Below, one piece after another: positions 22,186-35,041 of a stretch of DNA of 64,000 bases; positions within the stretch are counted from its first letter, which is position 1; every line of letters starts with the position of its first letter. A program made the translations under genes and the position numbers. The notes below the pieces were generated by a model. It was given only the letters and a program-made list of their open reading frames with translations, was not told where the DNA came from and searched no databases. Location of the stretch: positions 744,001 to 808,000 of the forward strand of contig CM030338.1 of NCBI GenBank assembly GCA_017654855.1, written 5' to 3'. Origin of the DNA: Podospora anserina (taxonomy: Eukaryota).

Positions 22186-23284
22186 TGTGGTCAGATTAAG
22201 GGGAAGTAAGGTTTCAAACATCTGCTCTGATCTGGAAATTAGAGTAGGTACTTGTCCTTACCCAGCCGTGTTGTTCTAATGTGTTATTTGCCTTAGGAAT
22301 CGCGATGATATATCGGAATAGCCGTACCTTTACCTAACATTGTTCACATTCAATGTCACAGAAACAACACACCAGACACGATTAGCTACGACTAATAATT
22401 TCAAGGACTCTGACCGTCGCTTGATAACAAGTACCCCGTACCCTAGGAAATTCTCTGCTGCGTTACCGTCGCTGCGGGCTAGTGACGTCATTGTGCTTGT
22501 GTCGGATATGGAGGTTCATCTAACATTGAGAACCTTTCAAAACCACGCCGGGCTAGGACATTTGGAAGTCAACAGGGACAATAAATGTTATGGTCAATGA
22601 CTACAGCTTATCCTCTACATTAGACCTAGATAACCGTGACATGTTCGCCATCAGAAAGGATAGAGTGTCGTGATGTCACCTAGGGTTAGGGCTCAACGCG
22701 GTCATGGGTGTCTCATGTGAGCGGAGCTAGGTTGCTTTCCAACCGAAATCCGAGCCCCTCTGTGGGTCGCCACTCGTCTCGATCTCGATCTTGCATTCCC
22801 AAAGACGTGTGCGCCGAAAATCCCATGGAAATCAATGCGAAAATCTTGGAACCGCAGCCATGGCAAAAAATCCATGACCCTTTTAGGAGTAATCACCCTA
22901 TCGCTATAACAGACAACCATTGGGCTACGAGAGACGCTGCTTCAAATGTGGCCGGAGAGAGCGAAGAGTTTGGGGGAGCAGGTGAGCAATAAGACTTGGA
23001 CGCTAAGGTACGGGAACTTGGCACGGAAACATTCTGGTCTTGTCCGGCTCCCCGCCGCAACCAAGTTGACACCACTCAACCCGCCCCCCCTGGGCCTGGA
23101 CTGGGGGTACAGAGTACAGGCACGCTCGCCAGCCTTTTTGGGTTGCGACCGCCACCAGGAAATACCAGGTCTTTGATCCTTCCTCTGCAATCTGCAATCT
23201 TGCTTGCACCGTCTCCATCCAACTGAACGATGTAGGCAGAGCAAGACCCACTTGCCCTCTAGCCCTAGCATCCAACGCCCTAGA

Positions 23285-26200
23285 ATGTCGGTTAATGGCC
23301 CCGAGCCACCGGTGCCGGCCGTTGTGGCAGCAAGTGACGCCGTCGAGGTGAAGAGCTCTGAGCGAGCCAGGCAGAGAGAGATCGCAGCGTACGTCGCCCA
23401 CGCCCGCGCCCAACACCTTGATCTCACTCACCTAACTGTGACCCTCCTGTGTAGTTACCTCTTGGCCGCCTCGTTCCCTCCAGATCTCCCCGCCGCTTTC
23501 GCCGAAAAGGCCACGCTGAACTCGGATCCCATCCTCAATGGCCTCACTCAACTCGGCGCCCTGCGACTGGGCTGCGACAGAGCCTTTGTGTCTCTCATCG
23601 ATAGAACATACCAATATGTCGTCTCGGAGATCACGCGATCACACTCGCTTTTTGACTTGATCTCCGACCCGGGAGACACCATCGCGATAGGTGTTTGCAA
23701 GCTGAGGAATTGCGATGGTGTGTGTCCGGCAACCATGAACGCGTTTATGGACGAGACAGGTGAATGGGTGAAAACAGGACCCGATGTCATTGCGAATAGA
23801 ACGAGATATATCATCAACAACTTCACGACACACCCCGACTACAAAGACCGCCCATATGTCAAGAATTACCCCTACTTCCGATCATACCTCGAGGTCCCTC
23901 TGGTCTCTTCGCTTGGGTACTTGATGGGAAGCTACTGCGTGGTGGACAGCAAGTTGAATGAGTTTGACGATGACGAAAAAGTGGAGATTATGAACGAGAT
24001 TGCTGTCGCCATCATGGCGCATCTGGAGAATGTTAGGATAAAGCAGAGCCGAGATCGTTCGGCCCAGCTAATACAAGGGTTAAGCGGATTCATCAGGCAT
24101 GAACCACCCTCACAGCGGCCCTCCCGTGCGAGTGCCATACCTAGGCCGGCGCCCAGCGACCTCGATCCTCCGACAACGACGGAGCAGCGGGGCAGCATTG
24201 GAGGTTCCAACGACGACGGCAAATCCACCGACAGAACTGATTCGACTGATGTACAGTCGTCTGATGGGTCTCAACGACCGGAACCGATTAATGTCATTTC
24301 ATCGTCGTCAATCGAGTCAGGCCAGTCTGGCCTCTCTTTGTTGTCGGAAGCCAGACAGACTCCTTCCGAGACACCTCCAACAACCCCGCGGGACGAGGTC
24401 AATGAGAATCCGATGGAACAACAATTGAAGACGGCTATCGCTCGCACCGATGCAGACAAAGCCGCCATTGCAAACCCACCGGCCCCCTCATCGGAAACCT
24501 CGGAATCACACGGGAGTGGCTTCATATCTTCAGCCAACATCAAAACCACCTTCTTCCGAGCCGCCGGTACCATTCGACGCTCTATGGACATGGATGGCTT
24601 CATGTTTCTCGACGCAGTGCCAAGTTCTTATAGTGACAGGTCCGACCAGCCCACTCTGAACAGCCAGCCAGGGACTCTCCACGACTATGAAGAAGGCCCA
24701 TTTTGCTCTGCCATTGTCAAATCTTGTTTAGGGCCCACTGGTGAAAACATTACTCACTCTTCCCAGACGCGCCTGCCTGAAGTATCGCTTCAACGGTTTA
24801 TCCGCGCGTTCCCTCAGGGCAAAGTGTTTACCGCTGATGAATATGGCCCGATCGATGACAGTTACGGACCTGGGAAGCGATTCCAGTCCTCTCGTCAACA
24901 ACCAGACCCAGCAACTGTACGACTGAAGGATGACATTGACGCCCTATTCCGAGTTTTGCCCTCTGCCAAATACGTCGTCTTCCTGCCGTTGTGGCATTTC
25001 CAGCGCGAATGCTGGTATGCTGCCAGTCTGGGTTGGGTGGAGGACCCGACTCGGGCTATCGACATCACGGATATCGGTCTGGTGTCTGCGTTCGGCAATT
25101 CCATCATGGCCGAGGTATCACGACTTGAAGCCCTCGCCGCCAGTCGCGCAAAGTCAGACTTTGTTTCATCCCTTAGCCATGAATTGCGCAGTCCACTTCA
25201 TGGAATCATGGCCAGCAGCGAGTTGCTGCGAGAGAATATGTTGGACAACCCACTCTTGTCGACTTTAGATATGCTGGACTCCTGCGCCACAACGTTACTC
25301 GACACGTTCAACAACTTGCTCGACCACGCTGTGGTGACCCACGCCGGCCGGGAACGTGACCACAAGTCACCGGCTGCACAGCTCCGAGTCACTGACTTGG
25401 GGCTGCTCGTGGAGGAAGTTGTGGAAGCCATCCGTGTCGGCCACCTATCTGGGAACGCCTTCCACATGCAATCGTCGATGCTCAAGAAGATAGCAGAACC
25501 AGTTAACAGCAACGTACCCGACCGTCCATTACTCATCACCGTCCATGTCGCGATGAAATCTGCCTGGAGAATGCCCGTCAACGTCGGTGCATGGAAGCGC
25601 ATCGTCATGAACATTTTTGGAAATGCCCTGAAGTACACCTTGACTGGACGGATTGAGGTGAAACTAAAAACAGTTCAGCGACTGGATAAGACAGGGAAGT
25701 CTTCTGAGCATATATCCTTCTCGGTGCAGGACACTGGGTTGGGAATGTCTTCTGACTATTTGAAGTATCACCTGTTCACCCCGTTTTCCCAGGAAAATAG
25801 CCACTCACCGGGCATGGGCCTCGGCCTCAGCATTGTCCAGCAACTGGTCAATGACCTCGGAGGCTTCGTTGAAGTTTACAGCTCGGTTGGCATAGGCACA
25901 TGCGTCGAAGTCCTCGTTCCCCTGAATAAAAATGAGACGGACTCATCGGTGGCAGTGCCTGTCCAACCTCCACAGCAACTATTCGACGCACATCAACGCC
26001 AGCTCGCTGGTCGCACTTTGTGTCTGATCACGAGCGAAGCGTACAGTGCTTCCAACAACACTGGTCCAGGGGCCAACAAAGATCAGCGCCTTTGGACCAT
26101 GAATGTCGAAAGGGCTTTGAAGTCCAACGCGGGTGAGACCATTGGTATGACAGTGACCATACCAACACATAATGAGCCACTGCCAACCGCAGATATCTAC

Positions 26201-27073
26201 GTTTTGGATTCTGGCGCGTCTCATGGTACAGCACACAAAGACATTGATGACTTTATGGTCAGACATTCGCATATTGCGCCCTTGGTGTTGCTGTGCTCAG
26301 GCTCTGGGCCGCCATCATGCCTGAAGTCGAGTACAACAAAGAATCACCCTCTTCACATCCACCACCCCCTGGGCCCCAGGAAACTGGCGGCAGTATTATG
26401 CGCGGCTCTTGAAGCCAAAACGCCTCTCAACATCGACACAGTCCAGCCCATCAATTCGGCCCAAGCATCTGCCGTCGCCAAATGGGTTACGCCTGTCCCT
26501 CTCAGTCCGGGTGTTCCTGCGCTGGCGAAACTGAAAACAGAACTGGGACCAATAACCGGACCAGACCCTCGGCCGGCAGTGCCAGTGGAAGCGAAGACTA
26601 ATAAGCCTATCACTTCACCAACGACGTCTAATGCTGGGGGCACCGCGCAATCCCCCTCCGCGCCCACCAGACATCTCTTGCTTGTTGACGACAACCCCAT
26701 CAACATCAAACTCCTCACACATGTGGTCCGCAAACTCAACCACACCTTTCTCACTGCAGCCAATGGCTTGGAAGCTGCACAACTTTACAAGAAATCTCTG
26801 GAAGGCCAGGGGGCGCGGTTTGATTTGGTGTTTATGGATATCAGCATGCCCATCATGAATGGCTTCGAGGCCACACGGGAAATTAGGCAGATGGAGGCCA
26901 ACGTGGGTGTTGTTGACAAGGTCAAGATTGTTGCTCTCACGGGACTAAGCAGCGATTTGAGCCGGAATGAGGCGACGGCGAGCGGGTGTGACTTGTTCCT
27001 GACGAAGCCAGTCAAGATGAATGTTGTCAGGGAGGTGCTGAATGAGCTGAACAACGATAGCGCAGGGGGGTGA
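23285..27073 (+). CDS. Hybrid sensor histidine kinase (GAF-like, HisKA, HATPase_c, REC); probable intron ~23389-23454
   Basis: SHELRSPLHGI (H box), NIFGNALKYT (N), DTGLGMS (G1), GMGLGLSIV (G2), and receiver motifs LLVDDN, FMDISMPIMNG and FLTKPV. Confidence 0.93.
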   Translation: MSVNGPEPPVPAVVAASDAVEVKSSERARQREIAAYVAHARAQHLDLTHLTVTLLCSYLLAASFPPDLPAAFAEKATLNSDPILNGLTQLGALRLGCDRAFVSLIDRTYQYVVSEITRSHSLFDLISDPGDTIAIGVCKLRNCDGVCPATMNAFMDETGEWVKTGPDVIANRTRYIINNFTTHPDYKDRPYVKNYPYFRSYLEVPLVSSLGYLMGSYCVVDSKLNEFDDDEKVEIMNEIAVAIMAHLENVRIKQSRDRSAQLIQGLSGFIRHEPPSQRPSRASAIPRPAPSDLDPPTTTEQRGSIGGSNDDGKSTDRTDSTDVQSSDGSQRPEPINVISSSSIESGQSGLSLLSEARQTPSETPPTTPRDEVNENPMEQQLKTAIARTDADKAAIANPPAPSSETSESHGSGFISSANIKTTFFRAAGTIRRSMDMDGFMFLDAVPSSYSDRSDQPTLNSQPGTLHDYEEGPFCSAIVKSCLGPTGENITHSSQTRLPEVSLQRFIRAFPQGKVFTADEYGPIDDSYGPGKRFQSSRQQPDPATVRLKDDIDALFRVLPSAKYVVFLPLWHFQRECWYAASLGWVEDPTRAIDITDIGLVSAFGNSIMAEVSRLEALAASRAKSDFVSSLSHELRSPLHGIMASSELLRENMLDNPLLSTLDMLDSCATTLLDTFNNLLDHAVVTHAGRERDHKSPAAQLRVTDLGLLVEEVVEAIRVGHLSGNAFHMQSSMLKKIAEPVNSNVPDRPLLITVHVAMKSAWRMPVNVGAWKRIVMNIFGNALKYTLTGRIEVKLKTVQRLDKTGKSSEHISFSVQDTGLGMSSDYLKYHLFTPFSQENSHSPGMGLGLSIVQQLVNDLGGFVEVYSSVGIGTCVEVLVPLNKNETDSSVAVPVQPPQQLFDAHQRQLAGRTLCLITSEAYSASNNTGPGANKDQRLWTMNVERALKSNAGETIGMTVTIPTHNEPLPTADIYVLDSGASHGTAHKDIDDFMVRHSHIAPLVLLCSGSGPPSCLKSSTTKNHPLHIHHPLGPRKLAAVLCAALEAKTPLNIDTVQPINSAQASAVAKWVTPVPLSPGVPALAKLKTELGPITGPDPRPAVPVEAKTNKPITSPTTSNAGGTAQSPSAPTRHLLLVDDNPINIKLLTHVVRKLNHTFLTAANGLEAAQLYKKSLEGQGARFDLVFMDISMPIMNGFEATREIRQMEANVGVVDKVKIVALTGLSSDLSRNEATASGCDLFLTKPVKMNVVREVLNELNNDSAGG

Positions 27074-27680
27074 GCAGGTAGCTCAGGATAGACTGATGAG
27101 CGGTAATATTTGTGGAAGGACGCAGCAGCAGATGTGATCTTGCGTTAAATCACGCTGCTGAGATCCAACAAGGACAAACAACGGAGGCGACAGGTGCACC
27201 GGCGTCCCACCATGCATGCCAGAATAAACAGGACTGGCTAGGTGTGTTCATAACGGAGAGCAAAAACAATGCAGTACCTCGCGCCGCGGTTTATATATAT
27301 ACGAAGAGACGAATCTTGACAGAATTAGGTAGCGGAGTTATTGGATAGGAAACACGCCGCAGGAATATCACGGATGGCGCTTGGGAGCGAAAGCGCAACG
27401 TGCGAAACCCACGCCCCATACAGGTGTTTGGGGCAGTGTCATTTGGGGTTGGGATTACAAAAGGGGAGCACGAGACAACAATGGAATGATACACAGGTAT
27501 GGATATGATGAGATATATATATACATTATCGAAATTATACCAAACAGAAGACTTTTTTTCTCTTCGACCACCGCAATCTAACCCCCAAAACCGAATGTCA
27601 AAACCCCCCCAACTCCAATACCCAAAGACTAAACCAAAAGAAAGGAGTCCACATCTAATAACCCAGACCTTGGAAACAAC

Positions 27681-29717
27681 TCACCTCCTAACCCAATAAC
27701 CCCCCCTCCCATGCATCCTATCCTTCGCCTCGGGATCAAACCCCCTAATCCCAACCTTGTGAAGCGGCACACTCGGCACTTTGCTCGCGACTTTTTGCTT
27801 GACATCCAGAAATCTCTCCCCCATTCCTCTCTCACTCTTCTTTTGCTTCAACAGCACCGCCGCGTTTTCAGGTCCCCAATTTTCTCTCCTTCCCGGCCCA
27901 GAAAGGCAAGACAAGACCATGTGCACGTCCTGACTAAACGCCACTAGTTTGTCCTCTATCTGCGCGTTGAACCCCAGACACGGGCGAAGATACCCCATTG
28001 CAATGACTTTGATCTCCCTCCCGAGAAAACCACGGGGGAATTCGTGGAGCAGGTGGACAGCAACCTGCGGCTCTGGGGCCGCTTGCGGTCGGGAGGAGGG
28101 GAGAGGGCCGGCGGAGATGAGAGCCTCGTGCCAGACTGGCGATGGGGGCGGGGGGCAGTCGGGGGAGGAGGAGGCGGTTTTGGGCGGGAGGATGCACGCC
28201 CACCCGGCGTACACACCCCTCAGGGCGAACCTTGCTGATTCGGGGGATGTGCGCAGCAAGTTTGCGGTGGGGACGCCAAGTTCGGCGGTGGATCTCCCTG
28301 TTCCTCGGTTGACGAGGCCGGTGAATTTCAGGGGGAAGGGGGGCAAGGGGCCGGAGTCGGGGCCAATATCATGGCATGAGGAGGAGGAGGAGGAGGAGGA
28401 GCGGGAGGAGATGTACAAGTTTTTTTCTTGACGGAGGGCGGCATTTTCGTTTATTTTGTCTGTGGCTACCTCGTAGGCTAGGGTTTTCACCATGCCGGGG
28501 GCGACGCGGTCGTAGCCTGCTTGGATGGGGGCGATGATGGGGTCGACGCGGGAGAGGATCACCTTTGAGCCGACAAAGGCTGCGGCTTCGAGGGGGAGGG
28601 TGGAGAGGGTTGCGCCGCGGAATTTGGACGAGTCGGTTGAGGTGCTGGCTACGCGGAAGATGGGGGAGGAGCAGAGGATTTTGCGTTTTGAGGAGGAGCT
28701 GGTTTCGTCTGCCTGACCATCAGGGGGGCCACCGGCGCAGAGGTGAAGACGAAAGTAACCGTCGTCCGAGGCTTCAGGAATGCGGACCACGTGGGTTTCG
28801 CGGGGGATGTGGGCTTTTTTGGGGCCTTTATCTTTGAGCATCTTTCTGGCGGCTTTGTCCATGTCTCTCTTCCAGCCGCGCTCGGTGTCACGCTCGACTT
28901 CGTCTGGCTGGACGGCGACGGAAGGGGTGACGTTGAACCAGTCGTCTGTGGAGCCGAAGAAGGCTTTGATCTTCATGCCGCTGTCGCCGGAGAAGCCGCG
29001 TTGTTGAAGCCATATTGAGCGATCTGGTGGGAGGGGATAGTCTGGGGCGCTGAAGATGGATATCTCAACTGAGGTGCTGGGGCCACGATAAAAGATGAGT
29101 GGTGAGGAGTGTCGCAAAATGGTGTAGTGCTTTGTTGACTCGGTTGGCGGTGGGATCAAGCCACCGGCGAAATAACGGGCTTCTGAAAGGGCGTTTTGCC
29201 AGAATGGTTTTGACTCTGCACCAGAGTTAGGTCCGGGGGTCACACCCGGCCCGAATGTCGCAGCGGCGCTAACGGGTGTGGGAGTTGTTGGGCGTGGGCT
29301 CAGACTGGGAGACTTTAACCCGTACTGGGATAAATTCGGTAGACTGGTCTGCACCCGGAGCCGGTGACTGAGCGGCGGTGGTGGTGGTGGCGGTGGTGGT
29401 GGAAAATAGGGGCTTTGCGGGCTTCTGTCTTCGCCGCGCGACACCGGCCGGAGAGGGTCTTCAATCCGGAGTGCACCGATGCCGGGATCTACATTGACCC
29501 GCACCGGAAGTGGGGGCGGCCGGGGCGGCCTCGGCGGTGGTGGTGGAAGTGGAAGCGTCGGGAGCGGTGTATACGGAGGTGGTGGTGGTGGTTGTTGCTC
29601 CCAGTGGTTTTCAGGGGTTGCCGTTGCCCGCAGGTCAAGAACAGGTGATGGTGGTGGACGGTAAAAGTCAGGAGCTGGTGGTCTTTGTCCAACATGCAGA
29701 CACGAGGGGTGATCCAT
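27681..29717 (-). CDS. Proline-rich protein with C-terminal riboflavin-kinase-like domain
   Basis: GTGRSTAELGVPTANL, GVYAGWA, VHLLHEF and IKVIAMGYLRP resemble the RFK fold. N-terminus is poly-Pro. Confidence 0.75.
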   Translation of the reverse strand: MDHPSCLHVGQRPPAPDFYRPPPSPVLDLRATATPENHWEQQPPPPPPYTPLPTLPLPPPPPRPPRPPPLPVRVNVDPGIGALRIEDPLRPVSRGEDRSPQSPYFPPPPPPPPPPLSHRLRVQTSLPNLSQYGLKSPSLSPRPTTPTPVSAAATFGPGVTPGPNSGAESKPFWQNALSEARYFAGGLIPPPTESTKHYTILRHSSPLIFYRGPSTSVEISIFSAPDYPLPPDRSIWLQQRGFSGDSGMKIKAFFGSTDDWFNVTPSVAVQPDEVERDTERGWKRDMDKAARKMLKDKGPKKAHIPRETHVVRIPEASDDGYFRLHLCAGGPPDGQADETSSSSKRKILCSSPIFRVASTSTDSSKFRGATLSTLPLEAAAFVGSKVILSRVDPIIAPIQAGYDRVAPGMVKTLAYEVATDKINENAALRQEKNLYISSRSSSSSSSSCHDIGPDSGPLPPFPLKFTGLVNRGTGRSTAELGVPTANLLRTSPESARFALRGVYAGWACILPPKTASSSPDCPPPPSPVWHEALISAGPLPSSRPQAAPEPQVAVHLLHEFPRGFLGREIKVIAMGYLRPCLGFNAQIEDKLVAFSQDVHMVLSCLSGPGRRENWGPENAAVLLKQKKSERGMGERFLDVKQKVASKVPSVPLHKVGIRGFDPEAKDRMHGRGGYWVRR

Positions 29718-31200
29718 TATCCTCAGAAGTACTCTCCCAAAATAATTCTAATTATGAGCCCAGTTTATTTGAAGATTCTGAGTTGATGAAAACACGAACC
29801 TCAAGTTTGCTTGCTGCTCGGAAATGAACAAAACAAACAGTGGAGTAGCAGGTCTGGGCACTACGGATTGGGACACTTGAAAGTATAACCCTAACCCTAT
29901 TCTATCCAAGACAACACACCCCATAAGTTTCCATCACTGTCACAAACTACTTTGCCTGTATCACATATCCCAAATAGCCCCTGCTCAATACCTGATATGT
30001 GATGCTCAACGACTGTTATTGGCGTTCAGGCTGGGCTCGATGGTGTCGAGAATTGCTTGCATCCGTGCTCGATAGAACCTTTTTCGCGAAGGTGCAAGGA
30101 GGGATGTCGGAGAAACTGGTAGGATGTGGGTAAAGACATTGTCGTGTGTGTAGGTCATGGCATGGTGAAGATCTTCGAGACTCAAACTGCTAGGGACATC
30201 ACCAATAAGGCAGTGAGCAAACTGAACATAAAATAGGTGAAATCTTTAGGTGTGCCACAACAAAGACACAGGGTGACTTGGATGAGGAAGTGGCTACAGT
30301 GAACAGAAACAGAAACTCAAGAAATGCGTCAAATAGGTACCGTAAGTCAGAGTTATCCGTGGATGTGGTCGCTGAAGTTAGGTTCCGACGATTCATTGTG
30401 TCAAGTTCTGATGTGTTGGGTGGTGTTTGTCTTGAAGAGTGATTGGTGACAAGCCACCGTCTCGAGCTTCAGTAAGTGGGAGAGAAGCAATGCCGCAGAA
30501 GTGTTGGTGTGCAAAGACGAGCAAAACGGGAGCTACCTTCAGGTTTACATTGCACATTTTGAAGAGGCACGGCGGTACCTTTATAAATCTGTTCTCAAGC
30601 TCAAGACGCAGTTGCTGTTCTCTACCTACTGACCCGATCGTGGTTTTCAGCATCACTTCTGAAGCAGTGCCTCAGACCTTCCTTCCAGTCTGGTTTTGGT
30701 TCTCGTCCAATGAAATGGCACGATCTCGTACATCCAATCTCCTGGATTCAATGTTTCCAATGATCAGGGTCAAGATCGACCCGGTACGTACCCTCTTCTG
30801 AAATGGGCTGTCGGCCAATCAAAAGCAATCTGCCTTTGAACGATCATCCAGGCAGATATCATCTTTTGCCGGGCTTGTGGTCAAGGCATCGAAACGCGCT
30901 CCAAGGCGCCCCGCACCCAAGCTGAGAATACGGAAAGCATGTTCCTCCCCAAAGCCAAGTTCAATTCCCACGTTTGCCAACAGGTGATGGCCAAGCTGTG
31001 TGGTATTTCTCCTGACCTTCCATCATCCTTCCACATTTTATGCGGCTCGAACTGTCCTGATTTGAGGCCATTCACACTGCACAACACGTTCAACGCAAAC
31101 AGGACACACCTCCAGCCCTGTACTCTTTTGACTTATTACCACTTTCTTGTTCGCAAGGAGATCCAAAATCTATAACCGCGATATCCTTCTCAGGCATTTA

Positions 31201-34200
31201 GTGGAGCTTGCATCACAGAAGCCAAAGAAGGAATTAAAATGGGAATCTTTCAAGGAAGAGCTCGTGGAACTCTACATCTCCCGAGATCTATGTTTGAAAC
31301 AGCTCATGGGGATAATGGAGGAGCGACATTCTTTCCAGGCCACGTATGCATTTTTTAAATCTACCCGCAGTAAGATTCAAGGGCAGGATCGCACAGACTC
31401 TGTCCAGAACGCCACAATACGAATATCAATTCAAGAAATGGGGACTTCGGAAGTACATGACCAAAAACTGTCTACATAACCCCATCGCGATTGGTGTTCG
31501 GCTCTCTATGGCGAGGAAGGAGAATGACCGGATTGCTGCAAAGCCACAACTAATTTTTCATGGGAGGGTGGTTAAAGACCGTACTCTGAGGCGAAAAGGA
31601 ATCTTGACTCCTTTGAGAGAAAGCCATCCTGAGGTTTATAAGCAAGGTAAGTCGTGTCCAGTGCTCTAAACACTCCGCCACGCTGTCTGCTGACATTCTT
31701 CTTTGAATGTAGAACGTTCGAAAACACCTCCGGGAATGCAAGTTGGCCGGCAGTCAGAGCCTCTGGGCAACAATCAGGAGTTCGCATCTACCCATTGACA
31801 GCCTCGAGCTCAAGTTAGTCAAGCAAATTGGAGGTATGTCGCATCAAAGTATTGTTCTGAAGGAGTATCAGAAGCCTCTGATGTTGCTTTTTGCTTACCA
31901 AAGAGAAGACAATTCTGCCTTCGGATCTTGTGGCTTTCGAACTTCACCGACATCCCTGGTTGTGAGCATGCGTGATATTCGCTGTACGTACAGCGGTATA
32001 TCCGAGAGCCTTTCAGCTCTGGAGTACGCCTGCATCTGCGGAAACCTCAAATTAGCGCACCTACTCATCGACCTGGGCCACCCAATTTGCGAAGCATCGA
32101 GCGGCTGGAAAAGGAGTCTTCTTGTACTGGCCATTTTAGGATGGAATGAACGCAAATCACGGGCTAATCGCAGGAAGACACGACGCGTTTGGAATATGGA
32201 TTGCGAGTCTTGGACTTGTCATACAAGTCACGAAACCCAGAAGCTGATGGCATTTCTCCAGGTCTTGATTCGGTCGAATGCGAAGATACAGCCGCCAAGT
32301 CGAATGCACGATGGCCGCGGTCCCGTCTCCCTCGCAGGAGATCGTTCAAGCGATCCCCTCATCATCACGCTCAACGAGGGCCACACACCTTTAACAGCGG
32401 CATCTCTGTTTCATAATACAGCCGTCGTCGATGAGCTTCTAGTCCTTAAAGCAAGCATTCTTGACCGATGTCAGACCGGCCCCTCGGCCCTTGCATTATG
32501 CATCTCGAACTTCTGGAACTATCCGACACCGCAGGCGACGTCTTTTCCCATACCTTGGATTCCTTACTGTGATTCGGACCCCGACATCGACGTTTGCGAG
32601 TCAGCCGTTCTGAAAATCGCCACCCGCTACCTAAGCCAACCTTCTTCATCTAGCATCGAGATCTAAACGCCTAACAAAGCTCTTCCTCTGGTGTGGAGCA
32701 CGCCCAATGCACTATAATGCCTGTCACTTACAAGAAATGATTCGAAATACAGGAAAGGGCTATTTACACCTCATTGTAGCGAAGCATGCCAATCTTCCAG
32801 GCAAGTTTATATTATCTGTTTTCAGGTTGGCTGAGGGTGGGGATTGCTTCTGGTTTGATTGCATCGTGGATGATCGCAAAAGCCACAGTGCCGAGCTCGA
32901 CTTCTTCACCAGGGCACTTCAAGTCTCCAAGACCCACAGAAGGCTGAATCCTGAGCTGCTCGAGACATTCAAATATCTGGAGTATTATCCAAAGGATAGC
33001 GTCGTCAAGTTCCTCGAGGTAGCTTGCCCTATCCTGACAGTCGAAACTCTTCACCAACTCGCCGAAAACCCATGTTTTGTAAAGAGACTTGTTCCAGATT
33101 TGAACCCAAACCTTATCACTCACTCGATTCTGGGAAAAATTACGATACGGCAAATTTCTTGATTAATTACAGGTTAACTATCAACTCCGTCACCGAAGGA
33201 GGCCATACGCCATTAACAGCTGCCATTCGGATGCAACACCCACAACTGAGAAGCAAAATCTGGAGGTTGGGAACACGCCTCGTCATACCAGGAGATACTG
33301 CATGCCACTGTGGTCGGTCGCTGTACGCAAACGCACTGGTAACGGCGGCAGAGGTTGGAGATCTGCCATGCATAATAAGTCTCACCAGTAGTGGCTTTTT
33401 TGACATCAACCACTGCGGTGTACTCTCAGATCCCTACCAAAGTTGGTCGCACTGACTTTTTTTGCCCTGCAGATGTGCGACTGCGCTGACGGCGGTGATT
33501 TTGGAGGGCAATGTGGACATCGCACATTTGCTTCTCAAGAAACGAGCATGTCCCAATAGGCACCCCAGCGCCTCCATCGATTCAGTATTACCACTTGTTG
33601 CCGCTATCATTACCAGTAACATACAAATGGCGCAGACGCTACTCCTCGCTGGGGCCACCTCGTACGACCAACTCGCTCTTGACAGCATCTCCTTGGGATT
33701 AGGACTGGAATTCATCGAACTGTTGCTGGACTTCCTTCCGAGTTATTGCAACGTCGACAGGCAGTTCTGGAATTTGATTCTGAACAAAGTCATCAAGCTT
33801 TACCCAACCTTTGACAATGGTGTTTCCCATGCACACTACCACAGAGTGCTGCATCGGGTGTTGATGACGAAGATTCCCAGGATGAACGGAAGTCCAGCAT
33901 ACCATGGACTGCCCCCCTCTCCAATATACATGGCTTTGATTCACGGACCACCAGAAATACTCAAGGCATTAGCTGAAGCCGGTGCCGATGTCAACTCTCC
34001 ACTATATCCGCCCAGGGAACTTCTCCAGGCATATCCGCTCTAAGATTGTGTCTGACCCAGCGATGCGGGCTGCAAAAGCTGAAGATTCTCCTTGAGCTTG
34101 GAGCAAAGGACGCAACCGACGAATGTGACTCTCCCACGACCAGCATTTCACTCATTGAACTAGCAGTGAGGAATCTGGACTTTGATACGACAATGTTACT

Positions 34201-35041
34201 TCTGGAAAACAACTTCGACGCGGACCCGTGGCCCAAATCTGACAGGACTGCCCTCCAACTTGCTTTATTCCCTGAGTCACCCAAGAAAGAGTGCGATGAT
34301 TCTATGGAGCTGGCCAAACTTCTTTGTAGCAAAGGAGTCGACCCGAATCTCGTCGCACAGAAAGACCGGCTAACACCCTTGCAACAAGCCATCGAGCATG
34401 GGAATCTAGAGATTGTCGAGCTCTTATTCGAGCACCACGCCAACGTCAACAAACACAGCGAGCCTGACGTTGAGTTTGATCTGTCCGCAACACACCAACC
34501 GAACGAAGAAAGTTTAATGACTCCTCTTCAGCTCGCCATAAAGGAACAGCACCCAGCTATCATCAAGACCCTACTCAAGCATGGTGCGGACGTTAATTTG
34601 AGGGCCAAGAGATGTGGTCCTCCCGGAGGACACAAGCCATCCATCCTATATCCCTTCCTCACCCCGCTTCAGTTAGCCCTTTACACTTCACAGCCCGAGT
34701 ATGTGGAGATGATTCTCGAGCATGGGGCTAATATCAACGCACCACCTCATCCACAAGGCGGTGCCACAGTGTTGCAATACGCTGCGATGAGGGGGTATGT
34801 CGGGCTGGCTGAGGCCTTGTTGGAGAAGGGGGCAAAGGTGAACGCCGCTGCTTCCGAGTATGATGGGCGGACAGCTCTCGAAGGGGCGGGAGAATATGGT
34901 CGGCTAGACATGGTACAGCTTCTACTAAATGCTGGAGCGCGGGTTGACGGGTTTGACTTGGAGAGGGCATTAGACAGGGCCGAAGGGAATGGACATATCG
35001 CGCTGAAGGAATATCTGGAAAGGAGGTGTATTGGTGTTTGA
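31201..35041 (+). pseudogene. Clr5-domain plus ankyrin repeat gene with multiple disablements
   Basis: Clr5-type WESFKEELVELY..LKQLMGIMEERHSFQAT/QYEYQFKKWGLRK and C-terminal ankyrins (GATVLQYAA, GRTALEGA). Frame breaks near 32666, 33135 and 34020, an in-frame TGA at 33453-33455, and GTG where the start ATG is expected (31201). Confidence 0.75.

Noticed and set aside
22681-22692. TAGGGTTAGGG (also TAACCCTAACCCT near 29885)
   Set aside because: Only two telomere-like units; insufficient to call an interstitial telomere.
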